DNA from: Endomicrobiales bacterium | Lineage (GTDB): Bacteria; Elusimicrobiota; Endomicrobiia; Endomicrobiales; JAFGGC01 | Length of the DNA stretch: 64,000 nucleotides | Direction: 5' to 3' | Assembly (NCBI GenBank): GCA_016930715.1 | Contig: JAFGGC010000003.1 | Coordinates: 31,224 to 95,223, forward strand | Shown here: positions 1 to 12,000 of the stretch, piece after piece | Numbering within the stretch: the first letter of the stretch is position 1 | Layout of the letters: each line of letters begins with the position of its first letter | Made by a program: the position numbers and the translations under genes | The notes under the pieces: generated by a model | What the model saw: the letters and a program-made list of their open reading frames with translations, nothing else | Told to the model about the DNA's origin: nothing | Databases searched by the model: none

Positions 1-3000
1 ATAAGGACAGTTTTAATTCTTCTCGATTCTCGCACTGCTTCCCGCGCCACGCCCTGAACTGCCGGGCCGAGCGCGACTTCGCCGAAGGCGGCCGCCCGGG
101 CCTGTTTTTCGGCCGCTTCATCCTTTATCTTTTTCAAGGCGTCCGTTATCTCGGCGTACCTGTTGGCCTGAAGCATCTCTGCGGCAAGCTCGGGGTACTT
201 TTTAGCTATATGGCGCACAAGCCCTTCGACATCTTTGGCGTATATCACGAGTTCGCTTAAGAGCTCCGCTTTTGTCATCCAGTCGCCGTCGGCGTCTTTC
301 CTGTCGACACCCTCGCCGAAATCGATGAACTGCACGCGGCCGGACGGCGTCACTAAATACTGTATGGTCCGCCTGACGCGCAAGCCCTGCGACTCTATCC
401 TCGATACGGCCTCCATCAGGTCGTCAATGGTGCCGGTATTGATGCGTTCTTTCGCGACCACCGGAAAATCGCCCGGGACGATGTCCGAGACAAGGCTTGG
501 CTCGCCCGATGCGGAACTTTCCGTGCCGTAGAACTTCGGCCCTATGCCGAGCGCGTCCGCGGTCATAGCGCCTCTTGCGTCCAAAACCCTGTATTTATCC
601 GCGTCAAACATATAGACTTTGACCGCGACAGGCGTGCCGTCGTCAAACCAGCCGAGTTTCGCGAAAGCCGTCGTGCCGTGGCCCGCCTTGCTCACTATGA
701 AAACGTCCTCATCCGGGAAGTTCACCCTGACGCTTGGGCATTGGTCAATCCTGTTGGGGAGCCTGCCTACGGGTCTTTGTTCCCTGAAACCGGATGTAGT
801 AGAGTATCCTTCCGGTAGGTCCTTTATCGATATATCCCCGGAATGCAGGAACCTATGGGCTTTCCCTTTTAATTTATCAACATAGATACCGATGGGATAC
901 AGGTTCTTTGAGAACCCGAGCTCGGGGACGGCCTTTGCTTTGGCGATGAGCTTCGCGGCTGAATCCGGTACAATCCTGCCTGCAACCAATCCCACCTCCG
1001 GGGTGGGTTTGGTTTTTAGCCCAAGGATGTAATCATAAAACGCCTTTCTGTTCAGCCAGCCCCAGTATTTGCCGTTCTTATTAATATTAATGTTCGATTC
1101 ACGTATATAGTCATGATATACATAACTCCATTTTTCGCCTGTCGGGTCGATTTCAAACGTCCTTCCGGCGGCGTATTCCGTCCCGTACCACAACATCGCC
1201 TCCTGGACGCTTTGCCTGGCTTTTAAATCTGTTTCTTTTCTGGCCAGGTCATGCCCGGCATCTATCGCGTCCACGTCACGAAAACCGCAGGACTTCAACA
1301 TATCCCTTATACCGTAGAGGAAATACTCCCGATTTGTCGAATATTCGTCTATAATGACTAGTTTTCCGTCTTTTCTTATTCCGAGGGACTCAATGTATCG
1401 CGCGAAGGCTTGCGGATTTTTTCTGGCAAGCTCAACGCAGTCCGGACCGCGACGACTGAAATCAACAAGGTAACACCTTCCGGCCCCGCCAAGCCCGAGC
1501 TCGTGTTTTAATCCGCAATAAAGCATATCCGCGCCCCTGCCCAGGAAGACGAACTGCGTGTCTGCGCCGGGATACGAATCCCTGATGGACTTTGAGATTT
1601 TTTCCACCTCTTTAAAAGTGGACCGAAGCCCCGGAAAATAGTTGTAGCTGTCGGTCGACAAATATTCGACACCGCAGTACCGGTTAAAAGCCTTTTTGGA
1701 GGCAAGCATCTCATCTACCTTTGCCTCATCGTTCCAGAACTCTTCGTCGTTTAAGAACGGGTCGTCAAGTATGAAGCCGAACTTTTCGGGATCCTTCTTC
1801 ACCGCTTCGGCTATTTCGCCTGAGCCAAGCAGTGATAGCCGCTCGAATATTTTGGTTTCTTTTGTTGTCTGTTCCGCGGCCCCCGCCGCACGGGCCACGG
1901 CCTGGGCGGCCCTGCCGATGACCGGGCCTAAAAATACGTCTTTTATTACGGCATTTATTATCGGAAAATCGTACTCGTGCGAATAAAGAGGCGACACCGC
2001 AAGGCCTATCGCCGGAATATTCACGCCTCTTGACTCAAAGAGTTCCCTGATACCGCCGATTTCTTCGCGCAGTTCCTTCTCGTTCGGCCTGCGAACGGCG
2101 GCATTAAGCGTGGATCTCGTGTTGAAATAGTCAGCGTCAAAAGACAGGAGGCATCCTTCCGAAAGGTCGGCCCACGGAAGGTCGGCCGGGTCATCCACTA
2201 TCTTCGCGTAACCGCCAAGGTATCGTGTCAATACTTCCGGCGCGTGCTTGGGCCTTACCCAGTACACCGGCCCGACCAGCCCTTCCTTTATGAGGAACGA
2301 CACCCAGTTGCCCTCCCTGATACCCCTTTGCGGAGGTATGTCTTCGGGCTTGTGCGGATTGTCGTTGTGATAATCGAACACGACAAGCGGCATCCCTTTC
2401 TTTATCTTCCCTTCTTCGACAAGGCGCTTTGTGAAATGGTAGAACCCGTCGTGGGTCCTGTGAGAGTCGAACAATACCGGCGCGTTTTTCGTTACAGGGA
2501 AAGTCATTTGAGACAACGGGATTTTTAAACCAAACGCCGTTTCCGGAGTGAGCAGCTCAAAAACAGGCTTCTCTGATACCGTAAGAACAACACCTAGCTT
2601 AGTCGAAACAAGGAACACCTGCTCCGCACCTTTCGGACGGACCACACGCAAATCGCCGTTGTATTCTCTTGCAAGCGCCATCTGCTCGGGTTTATATATG
2701 TTACCGTTGCGCTGTTCGAAACGCCAGAAGTGACCGCGAATGTCCGCCTTTCCTGTCTCTCCGCTCAAAAATACCATGAACCACAGGAAGCCGATGTCCA
2801 CGTTCCTGGCTATCAGCGCGTCATCGCTGGCCCTTTCTTTCGCGTCAGTGATCGCGCCGTACGGATACTTGCGCAGCATGCCGTTGATATAGCCGATTTT
2901 CTGTTCCATTTCCATCCGCGGATCCGGCAGCGTCAGCGGGGCGCCGGATATAATGTTGTACACCGCGTGGAAGTACATCCCGGCGAACGCGCCTACGGTG

Positions 3001-6000
3001 ACGGATGCCGACATCACGCTCAGCACCAATACCATCGAGACCGGAAAGGCAAAGAAACCGAAGCTGACCATCGAGGCGGCCGCGGTTAACGCAACCGGGA
3101 ATATGTAATTGAAAAACGTTATTCCAAGTACACCAAAAATACGCCTTTTGCGGCCACCTTCGTAGGCGCCGGGGCCCCTGTAGTGGTCCCTGAAGAATTT
3201 CACCGGATTGAGCGCCGCCTTGAACTCTATCTCGGCCACCATTCTCGCTATCCACCAGTCCGATTTCCCATCGGCCTTCCACTGCTCCACAAGCGGCCGG
3301 TTCACGGGAAGGACGAGGCCGTAATCGTTCTTCCCGTTGAGCGCGCGCTCCATCTCAACAAGCTCAGCTACCGATTCGCTGAATCCCGGCAGGTTTTCGT
3401 CCAGCGGCGCGAGCAGACCCCTGACAGTCACAAGGTCGCCGCCGTTTTCACGAAGATTATTTATCATCGCGACCCATCTTTCCGGTTCCGCTTCGTCCCT
3501 GAAGATTTCGCTCAAGTTGGAAAACAGCTTGCTGAACGCTTCTTTGACGTTCCGTTTCTGATCTTCGATGAGCCGCTCATCCGACACCTGCGTGACCGCC
3601 GGAACAGCGTGTTTTATTTCGTCCAGGACTATATATTCAGGCTCTGCTTCGAAAACCTCTGAAGGCGGGACGTCCACCATCGTGAGTTTTCCGTTCAAGT
3701 ACGAAGCGTAACCCAGGGCGTTCTCACGGTCGTTCGGAAAACCCGCGAAAATAACGTGATGGTCGAAAACTCCCGGAAGAGGCTCGAAATGCCAGCTCGG
3801 CGGGTTCTGCGGGTCCTCCCAGACCTGCGGGCTGTGGCTCACCACGTAATGTGCTGATGGTTCCTTGACCGTCGCGCGGAATTTCGCTACATCCATTGCG
3901 CCGTAATACGTGTGGCCGGCTTTTTTATCGCCGGGGCGGTCCGCCCTCGTCCATAGCATTTGTTTCTTGATATCGAACGATAATTTGTCCCGCGACGAAC
4001 CGGCAAAAATCGTGTTTTCTATCCTTGCAAGATTGGGGGCGCTTGCTGCCGGCCCCGCGTGATTTGCTATCAACCCCTGCCTGGGCACGTCTGTTTCTGC
4101 ACCCGCCATTGCGTGGCCGACGGCGAGGACCGGCGACAAGACAAGGAACTCGGCATAGAGCTTCAGGTAATCCTCTCCCCCGTAGAAAACAAGGCGCTCT
4201 TTCCAGAGCCTGCACTGGTGAATTCCGGATTTGTCTATGACGTCCTCTATAGTGTCGTGATTGCCGAGCAGGTAATAGACGTTTTCCGGCGCCTGTAGAA
4301 TCAACTCGTAAATGTACTGCATCATCCTCAGCGAGGAATTCATATCCGCCAGGTACCCGTGTTCCTCCCTGTGGACCGCGTCACCGAGTATCACGAGGAC
4401 GGCTTTCCCTGTCTTTATCTTCCCGAGGTTGCCGTTGTGTCCCAGTATCGCTTCGAGATTATCAAGGCGCGCGTGGAGGTCGCCGACGAGTATCACTTCC
4501 CTGTCTTTCGGAATGCCGCGCAAGTAAAGAACTGCGCCGCGCTGGTATATACCCGAAGCGCCGTTGACTTTCCCCGCGCCTTCGGCCCTGCGGCGCTCAA
4601 GGGCCTCCACTACCCGTTTCAGCTGCCCGATGGCCTGGTCGCGCCTGAGCAGACCTTTTTCGGACTCGTCGATGTCGCCGGCGCCACGGGTTTGCGGCGC
4701 GGCCGTTTCGTCCATCGTCAGCTGGGCGGACGTGCCCCAGAAAATGGTGTTCCACCACTCGTGGAAGTCCCTGCTAAACGCTATCCCTGCAATTAAAAGA
4801 ACTGAGGCCTGGAATATCCCGGCAGCTACGCCGTTCCAACCGTTGAAAAGAAGGCAGCCAATCACAAAACCAATGAGAATCGGCCCCCACATCAGGGTGG
4901 ACATTACCGCTATGCCGGCGGCCCTGATAATCTTTCCCTTGGGATTCGAATGACTTAAATAGAAGCTTACCGGCGTCAGCGCGCTCCAGAGCTCTTCCTC
5001 GGCTATGTATCTTGCCACCTCTCTTGCGGCTTTTTTTGTGGCTTGCCTTTCTATCCTTGCTTCGTCTTCTTCCCCTCTTATCCTCGCCCATCCCATTTCC
5101 CTTTCTTTTATCATCTCGAACGCGGCCCGGAAATATTTCAGGTTTTTGTCCATAACAAGGGCGCCGGACGGCCGGACAGGTTCGGGCAGGCCGCCGTTCC
5201 CGGAGGTCTTGAACGTTTCAAGGTCCGGCCTTTGCGTGGATATCGACAGGCCGCCTTTTGAATGGCGCAGGGCGAACCTGCCGTTATCCAGTATTTCATA
5301 CGTCCTTGTTTCCGAGGCCTGCCCGATCCTGTTCTCTATGACTTTTACCTCGCCGCGGTAAAACTCGAGCCATTTGAGGAAAGGTTTTTCCTTGCCTTCG
5401 TCGTCGGAAATGACGCTCAGAGAATCCAGATTGTTCTCATTCACGAGAAAATCCCTGATGTCTGAGGCCCTGATGCTGCCCTCCGACTTCTCCGCGCCTT
5501 CCGGATACGACGTGGCAATGACGGCGCGCCAGTCGGAACCCCTGACGTCTCTAAAAAATTCGGCAAATAGCTTCCGCTTAAGATCTTCGTTCTTCTCGCC
5601 CCATTTTTCCCTTACCTTCTCCTGGCTCTGAATGAGGAAATGGACCATCTTCCGTTCGCCGGTCTTTATGTTCTTGGCGGCGACGGCAACGCAGGTGGAA
5701 AGGCCAGCCGTCAGGACCTCGGTTTCATCAAAAGTTGAATGGGCAGTGTGCTCCGTGACTTTAATTATCCTTGATATGAATTTCTCTGAAGCTCTTCGCA
5801 GGATCAATTGATGGTCTTTGGCTATTACATTGTAAATGGCGTGCGTGTATATGTTGGCGCTGCGCGCGGCGTTCACCGCAAGTCCCTGCGCAAAACCGAA
5901 CGTCGGCACAAAAATAATCGCATAAGCCGCCCACATGAAAGCCGTGATTGCGGCCACGCCTATGCGCCTGCGCCACTTGCCGCCGGTATAGGCGCCGGGG

Positions 6001-9000
6001 CCTTCGTAGTGGCGCCTGTAGAACCTTACCGGGCTTAAGGAGTCAACGAACTCCAGCTTGGCCACTTCTTTTGCTATCCACCAGTCGGATTTGCCCTCGG
6101 ACTTCCACTGCTCCACAAGCGGCCGGTTCACGGGAAGGACGAGCGAACCTCCCGAAGCGTTGAGCCGGGCGGCAAGCTTCTTTACCGGACCGAGATATGA
6201 TGTGTCTTTTATGGGAATGATGGCATTAAACAGTTCGGGGTGTTCCTTCCTGACGTGCCTTAAAGCGGCGTCTTTGACCTCATCGGAAGCGTAAAGCAGG
6301 AGCTTCGCCAGCTCTCGCCCTTTAAGAGACGTGCTGTCCATCCTTTTCTCTAATATCCCGCCGCCGAAATCCAGGACCCTTATGCTGCCTCGGAGTGTCA
6401 CGTAATACTGAAAATCCCCCCCCACGCTCCTGCCGGACCTTTCGATCCTTGAGAACGTTTCGAGCAGGTCCTTGACGGTGTTCAGGCCTATGTGCGGATT
6501 GACCCTGTTCACAGGCCCCTCGCTGAACTGGGCTGCGAAATCCCCGGGGATTATACCCATCACGACGCTCACGCCGAAATAACCATCCCTGCAAATCCCG
6601 TGGAATTTTTGGCCGATGCCGAGGGCCTCGGCAACCGCCGCGCTTCTTGCATCTTCCAGGATCATCTTATCGGCATCGGACCGAGAACCGAGGAAAACGG
6701 ATTTCACCGCAACCGGCGTGCCGTCATCGAGCCACCCGAGCCTCGTAACCCCGTAAGAACCGTTTGATACCTTGCTCATCAAATACACGGTATTACCTGG
6801 GAAATTGACGTGCACGTCCCAGTCTCTTTCTTCCGGAGAAACCGGCAGGCGGCCCATCTCTTTTTCGGGGCCAAGCGCGCCGGTATCGGCATCAAGGTCC
6901 GAATCATCAAGATCGGCGGTCGCGATGAACATCGGTTCCATATCGGGCAGGCCCAGTCTCTCCCTGTACTGCCTGTTGACGACCCGCAACTTCAACAAAT
7001 TAGTGATATATATATCGTCGCTTGGAGGGGTTTTTTTGGCTTTACTCAATATTTTCGGGGCAGGGACTGTAACTGTCGTTTCACGCGCGGTTTTCAGGGC
7101 AAGCCCGGTCAGTTCGGGCAAATGTCTGGTTTCGGGGTTTTCGTGGTATGCTTTGTAGTCTTCAACGGTGGCGGAGGCTTGCCCGCCGGGGAGGCGGGGG
7201 CCTAAGGCGGTCAGTTCGGCGAGCTCTTCTTCGGCGAACCTTTCAAGCAGGGTTACTTTCGCGCCGCCGGGGCCGTGTATGGAATCGAATATGGCGCCCT
7301 GCCTGTCGGACTCGGCTATAAGCGCTTCAAGGAAACCCTGGTGTATGTAGAGCACCGTCTTGCCGGACTCGGTTGTCAGGAAGGCCGGTATACCGCAGAC
7401 CTGCCCTTGCGGTGTTTTCGCGAACACCTCATTGCTTTTTGAGACGCGTATCTCAACGTCTTTGCTGATAACTGATGGCTGATGGCTGAAAGCTTCCTGA
7501 AGCTTTTGCCTTTCAACTACGAACTCCGAACCACGAACTATGAACTGTTTTTCCGCTCCCGTGAACTTCCTGACTATTGCGGCCGAAATCCCGGAAAGCT
7601 TCACCACCTGCTGCCAGCCGGTGACGTCATCTACTATCCTGGCCGCCACCAGGAATTCCTCAAACCCGACCGAGAGGGCGGAGAACCCGGCATCCGGGTT
7701 CGATATCTTGATGACCATCGTCGGTTCGCCTGAGAAATCCTTTGAAACCTCAAGACCCTTGATCATCCTTCCATTGCCTTCGACGAAATATATCCTCTTC
7801 CCTTCCTGAGCGATTCCTTTCGCGTTCAACATCGCCTTGTGAAGGTAACCGCCGTACCTGTCATGTTCAGCGTGGTTCGGCGCAACGTTGTCCTCGCCCA
7901 TGGAGTTTATCTGGTTCACGCTTCCTCCGAGCGCCGTCGACCGGGCAGCTTTAATGAAAAGCACCAGCGCGCGCATAAAGGTTTTATAATCCTTGTAGTT
8001 AACCACCAGCTTCGCCGTTATTTTATCCAGGTGACCGAGCAAGTCTTCCGAACCGAAATACTCGCGGAACAACTCGCCGTCTACCTTTGATATTTCTCCG
8101 GATGCAACGAGACCCTTAAGAGCTGAAGCGCATTTCACCCGCTGTTCCTCATCGTTTGACCCCTGCACCCACGCACCCAGGTACCTGCCGAGGCGCCTCT
8201 CAAAATTTTCTTTGGCGTTCTTTTCGAGCATTGCCCGGAATCTCGCGACGGATACCTTGCCGCTCCCGGCGGCTTTCCCAAATTCAGAGACCAGACTGTC
8301 GAAATACCCGTACGGAACGGCCGAGCAGAACCCTTTTTCGCCGCTGCCCGCGCTGTCAAGCGCCCAGAATGCCAGGTTCCATTGCATCAGCGTCTTGATC
8401 CTTTCGAGGTCCACGTAGCCGCCGTCCGCATAGTATTCCCTGAACTCCTCATCGCTATCGAGGATGCGGCTGAAGGCCGTAAGACTGGCGGCTCCAGGCA
8501 TTATCGCGCCGACCCTCGCATGGGTCTTTATGAGCCAGTAAATATCGCCGGTCTCTTTCGCGCTCAGTCCCTGCGCCGAACCGAATTTTTCCATAATTCC
8601 AAGCTCACGCATCAGCTGCCCGCTTGAAATGTCGTGCATCTTGCTTGTCGCGCCGAAGTATTCTTCGCATTTTCCTATGTCGTGGAATAGGCAGATGAAA
8701 GCCCATGTGCTGAACGCTTTTTCCCCGCTCATGGCGCCGGCCATTGTGGAACGCAGCCCGGATAAAATATCTCCGGACAACTTGCCGTCGGTATCCCCTC
8801 TGAACAGCCCGGCAAGCCTAAGCTGCTTCTCCGGCTCCGGGATGTATTTCAGGTTGTGGCTCTGGATGAACGACGCGTAGACCGCTATAATATGGTTTAC
8901 AAGAATATCCAGTGTTTTCTCGTCTTTTTGACTGAATTCTTTGCCGGGGTAGACATGTTTAATGACGGAAGCGTAGTATTCACGGAGCGTACCGGAAAGC

Positions 9001-12000
9001 CTGCTTTTAAGCACGGCTTCGATCTCAGTCACGTCGGAAGGCAGTTCGTTCAGGCTTTTTACCTCGAACAGCCTCGCCACATTCTCGGCGTCCGTATACT
9101 CCATTAGTGCGTCAAGCGGCACAACGCTTTCCTTGGCCCTAAGTTCGGGACCGGGCTCCTCCGGCCCTGTCTGTCTTTCTTTCGTCAGCGCCTCGCCGGG
9201 CTCCGACTCGAGGTTGACATCATAATGCTTCGAAACGTTCAGCATATACGCCCCGGCAAGTGCGCCGGCGGGCGCAGCAACGGCTGCCAGCACGACGGCC
9301 AGGCCGCCTATCAGCGGAAACATGGAAAGCGTGACAAAAGCGCCGGCGATGGCTCCGGCCATTGCGCCGAGCTTGGTCTCGGACACTATCACGCCAAGCC
9401 CCGCCCGGCGCCAGAGCGTTTCGCCGCCCCTGTGCCGCGCCATGAACCTCTTTGACATTTCCTCAGCGCGCTTCTTTGAGAACACGCTTGCCGCCGCTAT
9501 CCACATCAACTCGACGGCTTCGGCCCGCGGCGCCACGAAAAGCTCGGCGTATCGCTCGATGACCTTCGTCTCGTCCGACACGTCAAGCTCGCGGCCCTTC
9601 GAGCGCTCGAGTTCTACAAGCTTTTGCTTGATCTTTTCCTGCTGTTCCCTCGAAAGGTTCCGCCACCTTGCCGCCGCCTTGTTTTGAGTGTCGATCGTGG
9701 TTAGCGCCTGTCCGGACTGCGCACCGGCGGCCTCCGACCCCTTGCGCGTGACGTCCCTCAAACTGAACTCGGCTGTGCGCGTGTCGTACGCGAAAACGGC
9801 CACGGCGCTTCTGCCTTGCGGATGCTTTATCCTGAAAGTGAACAACTGTTCCTGCCCCGCACCGGCCGTTATTGTAAGCAACTCTATACTGGGATTCTTT
9901 GAGCCTTCCACGGACGCGTTCCACTTTCTGGCGAACTCTTCAAGGTTCTTTGACAAAGTTTCAACATCCGCGTTCCCGCCCGCTGCATCCTTTAGTTTCT
10001 TCTGCGCGTATTCTTTGACGCTCAAACCCTCTTCTTCCGCGGCAATGCCTATTTCGACCCTGACTTCCGCCGAGACCAGCGACCTTACCCTCGCTTCCGG
10101 GCCGTATTCCGAAAGCAGCTTGAGCGCGAACGAGGCCTTAGCCAATGCGGCCTGCAGCTTCGCCGTTTCCGCGTAAAGCGCGTCCGAGACCTTCGTATCT
10201 TCGGTTATATTGGGGGTTACCACGACGCACGAAATCCTGCGGGCCTTTAATAGCTTCATCAGCCCGTCCGAATGGAAACCTCCCGTTACGACCACTATCA
10301 GCCCGGAGGCCTTTATCAGCGAGGAAAGCTCGGATTCCGGAACGGCGACTGCTCCCTTTCCCGCCGCTGCCCCCCGCGCCGGCACGTCCATGTTTTTCAG
10401 GAAACACGCGTTCCTTCTGATGTTCGCTTTGTAAAAATCGTCCGCGAGCTTGATGTCTCCGGCAAGCCCGTCCAGGACGGCGCCGTCGGCGTATTTCGGC
10501 CACAGGCTCCTGAATGTCGCGTAGTTCCCGCTGAAATAACGGTAGTCCTCGGCCGTAAGCTTGTTACCGAGGAAATCTCCGAGATAGGCGAGGAAATCCG
10601 ACAGGAACGACACTTCGAACTCAGGCCTTGTCTCCGAAAGGCCGGCGTGCACCGCCGAAATCAGCTTTTTTTCCTCGGCCAGAAGCACGGCAGTGTCCAG
10701 CTTCCTGCTTTTTTCAAGGTAGGCGAAGAATTTCGAAAGGTTGGGGTAGTTCGAGGACAGGTCAATCCTGTACTCCCTGGCCATACCCATCAGGCAGGCA
10801 TAAAGCTCGTCGAGTTTCTTGAAACCATCTGTCCGCTCGATGATGCGGTTGAAGGTCTTGAATGGTATCTTCTCCTTGAGGAGCGCCAAAAGCCCCTGTA
10901 TCTCAAGGCCTATCCGTTTGTAGTTCAGCTTTTCGGAATCTTCGGCCAGTTCAACGTAGAGCCTGATGTTCACGAAGTCGTTTTCATCGATCGGGCACAG
11001 GTTCCCGAAACCGTAGCGGTCGGCCTTGAGCTTTTTGGGGTACTTAAGGAGCATGGCGTAGTATTTCCGCGCCTGGATGCCGTTCTCCCTGTTTCTTGAA
11101 AGCAGGTTCTCGAACCTGATGTTCTTGGAGTTGAAGTATTTTTTCCTGGCTGCGCCCAGGGAATCCCTCATCGAAGCGAGCGCCGCCGCGTAATCGCCGG
11201 ACCTGGCTGTCAGCCGGGACAATCTCCGGAAGTTCTCGCCGTAGACCCGCTCGTCTTCTATGCCGGCAAGAAGGCCCGTTTTTCCGGACGTGACCGAGTA
11301 ATGCTCGGCGCCCGTCAGCCTTCCCTGCCTTACGAGGACGTCAAGCACTTCTTTTTTTGTCTTTTCGTCCGATATGGACGCGAGCCACGACGTGTCCACC
11401 CTGCCCGAAGCGCCCTCAACGTACACTTTCTTCAGCTTGTACTTCTCATCCAGCGATTCCAGTATCTTCGCTATGTTCTTCTGGACTTCGGCGTGGCAGT
11501 GCAGGTCCTGGATGTTCAGCACTACAGGGGAACCGGCGTCCGGGAACACGAAAGAGTCCGTTATCCTGCCTGAGGCGGCGGGAACCACGTAATCCCCTAT
11601 CATTTTTTCCACGCGCTTATCGTCCCTGCGGTTTTCAACAGCCCCCTGAAGCACCTGGGCGAAAACGGAGGTATAGATGAAGCAGGAAACGGTGAGGACC
11701 GCCACCAGTTTCTTGAAATTGAAAACTTGACCGATGAATTTTTCCAGAATGCTTGTCATATCTCCCTTTTTTACCCCCTCACATATCCTCTTCCCAAAGG
11801 GGAGAAAAAAATCGAGGGGTCCTTTAAGCAAATAAAAAACCCAACCGAGATACTTCCTGGTTGGGTAAAGACTTGCCCTTTTAAGGCAAGATATCTCCCA
11901 GGGCAGATTGCTCTTGGACAGCAATACCACGTAGATTATCATAAACACGATTATCAAAAAGAATCCCCTGCCCGGCGGGGCGTTCGACTGGTGTGTGTAC

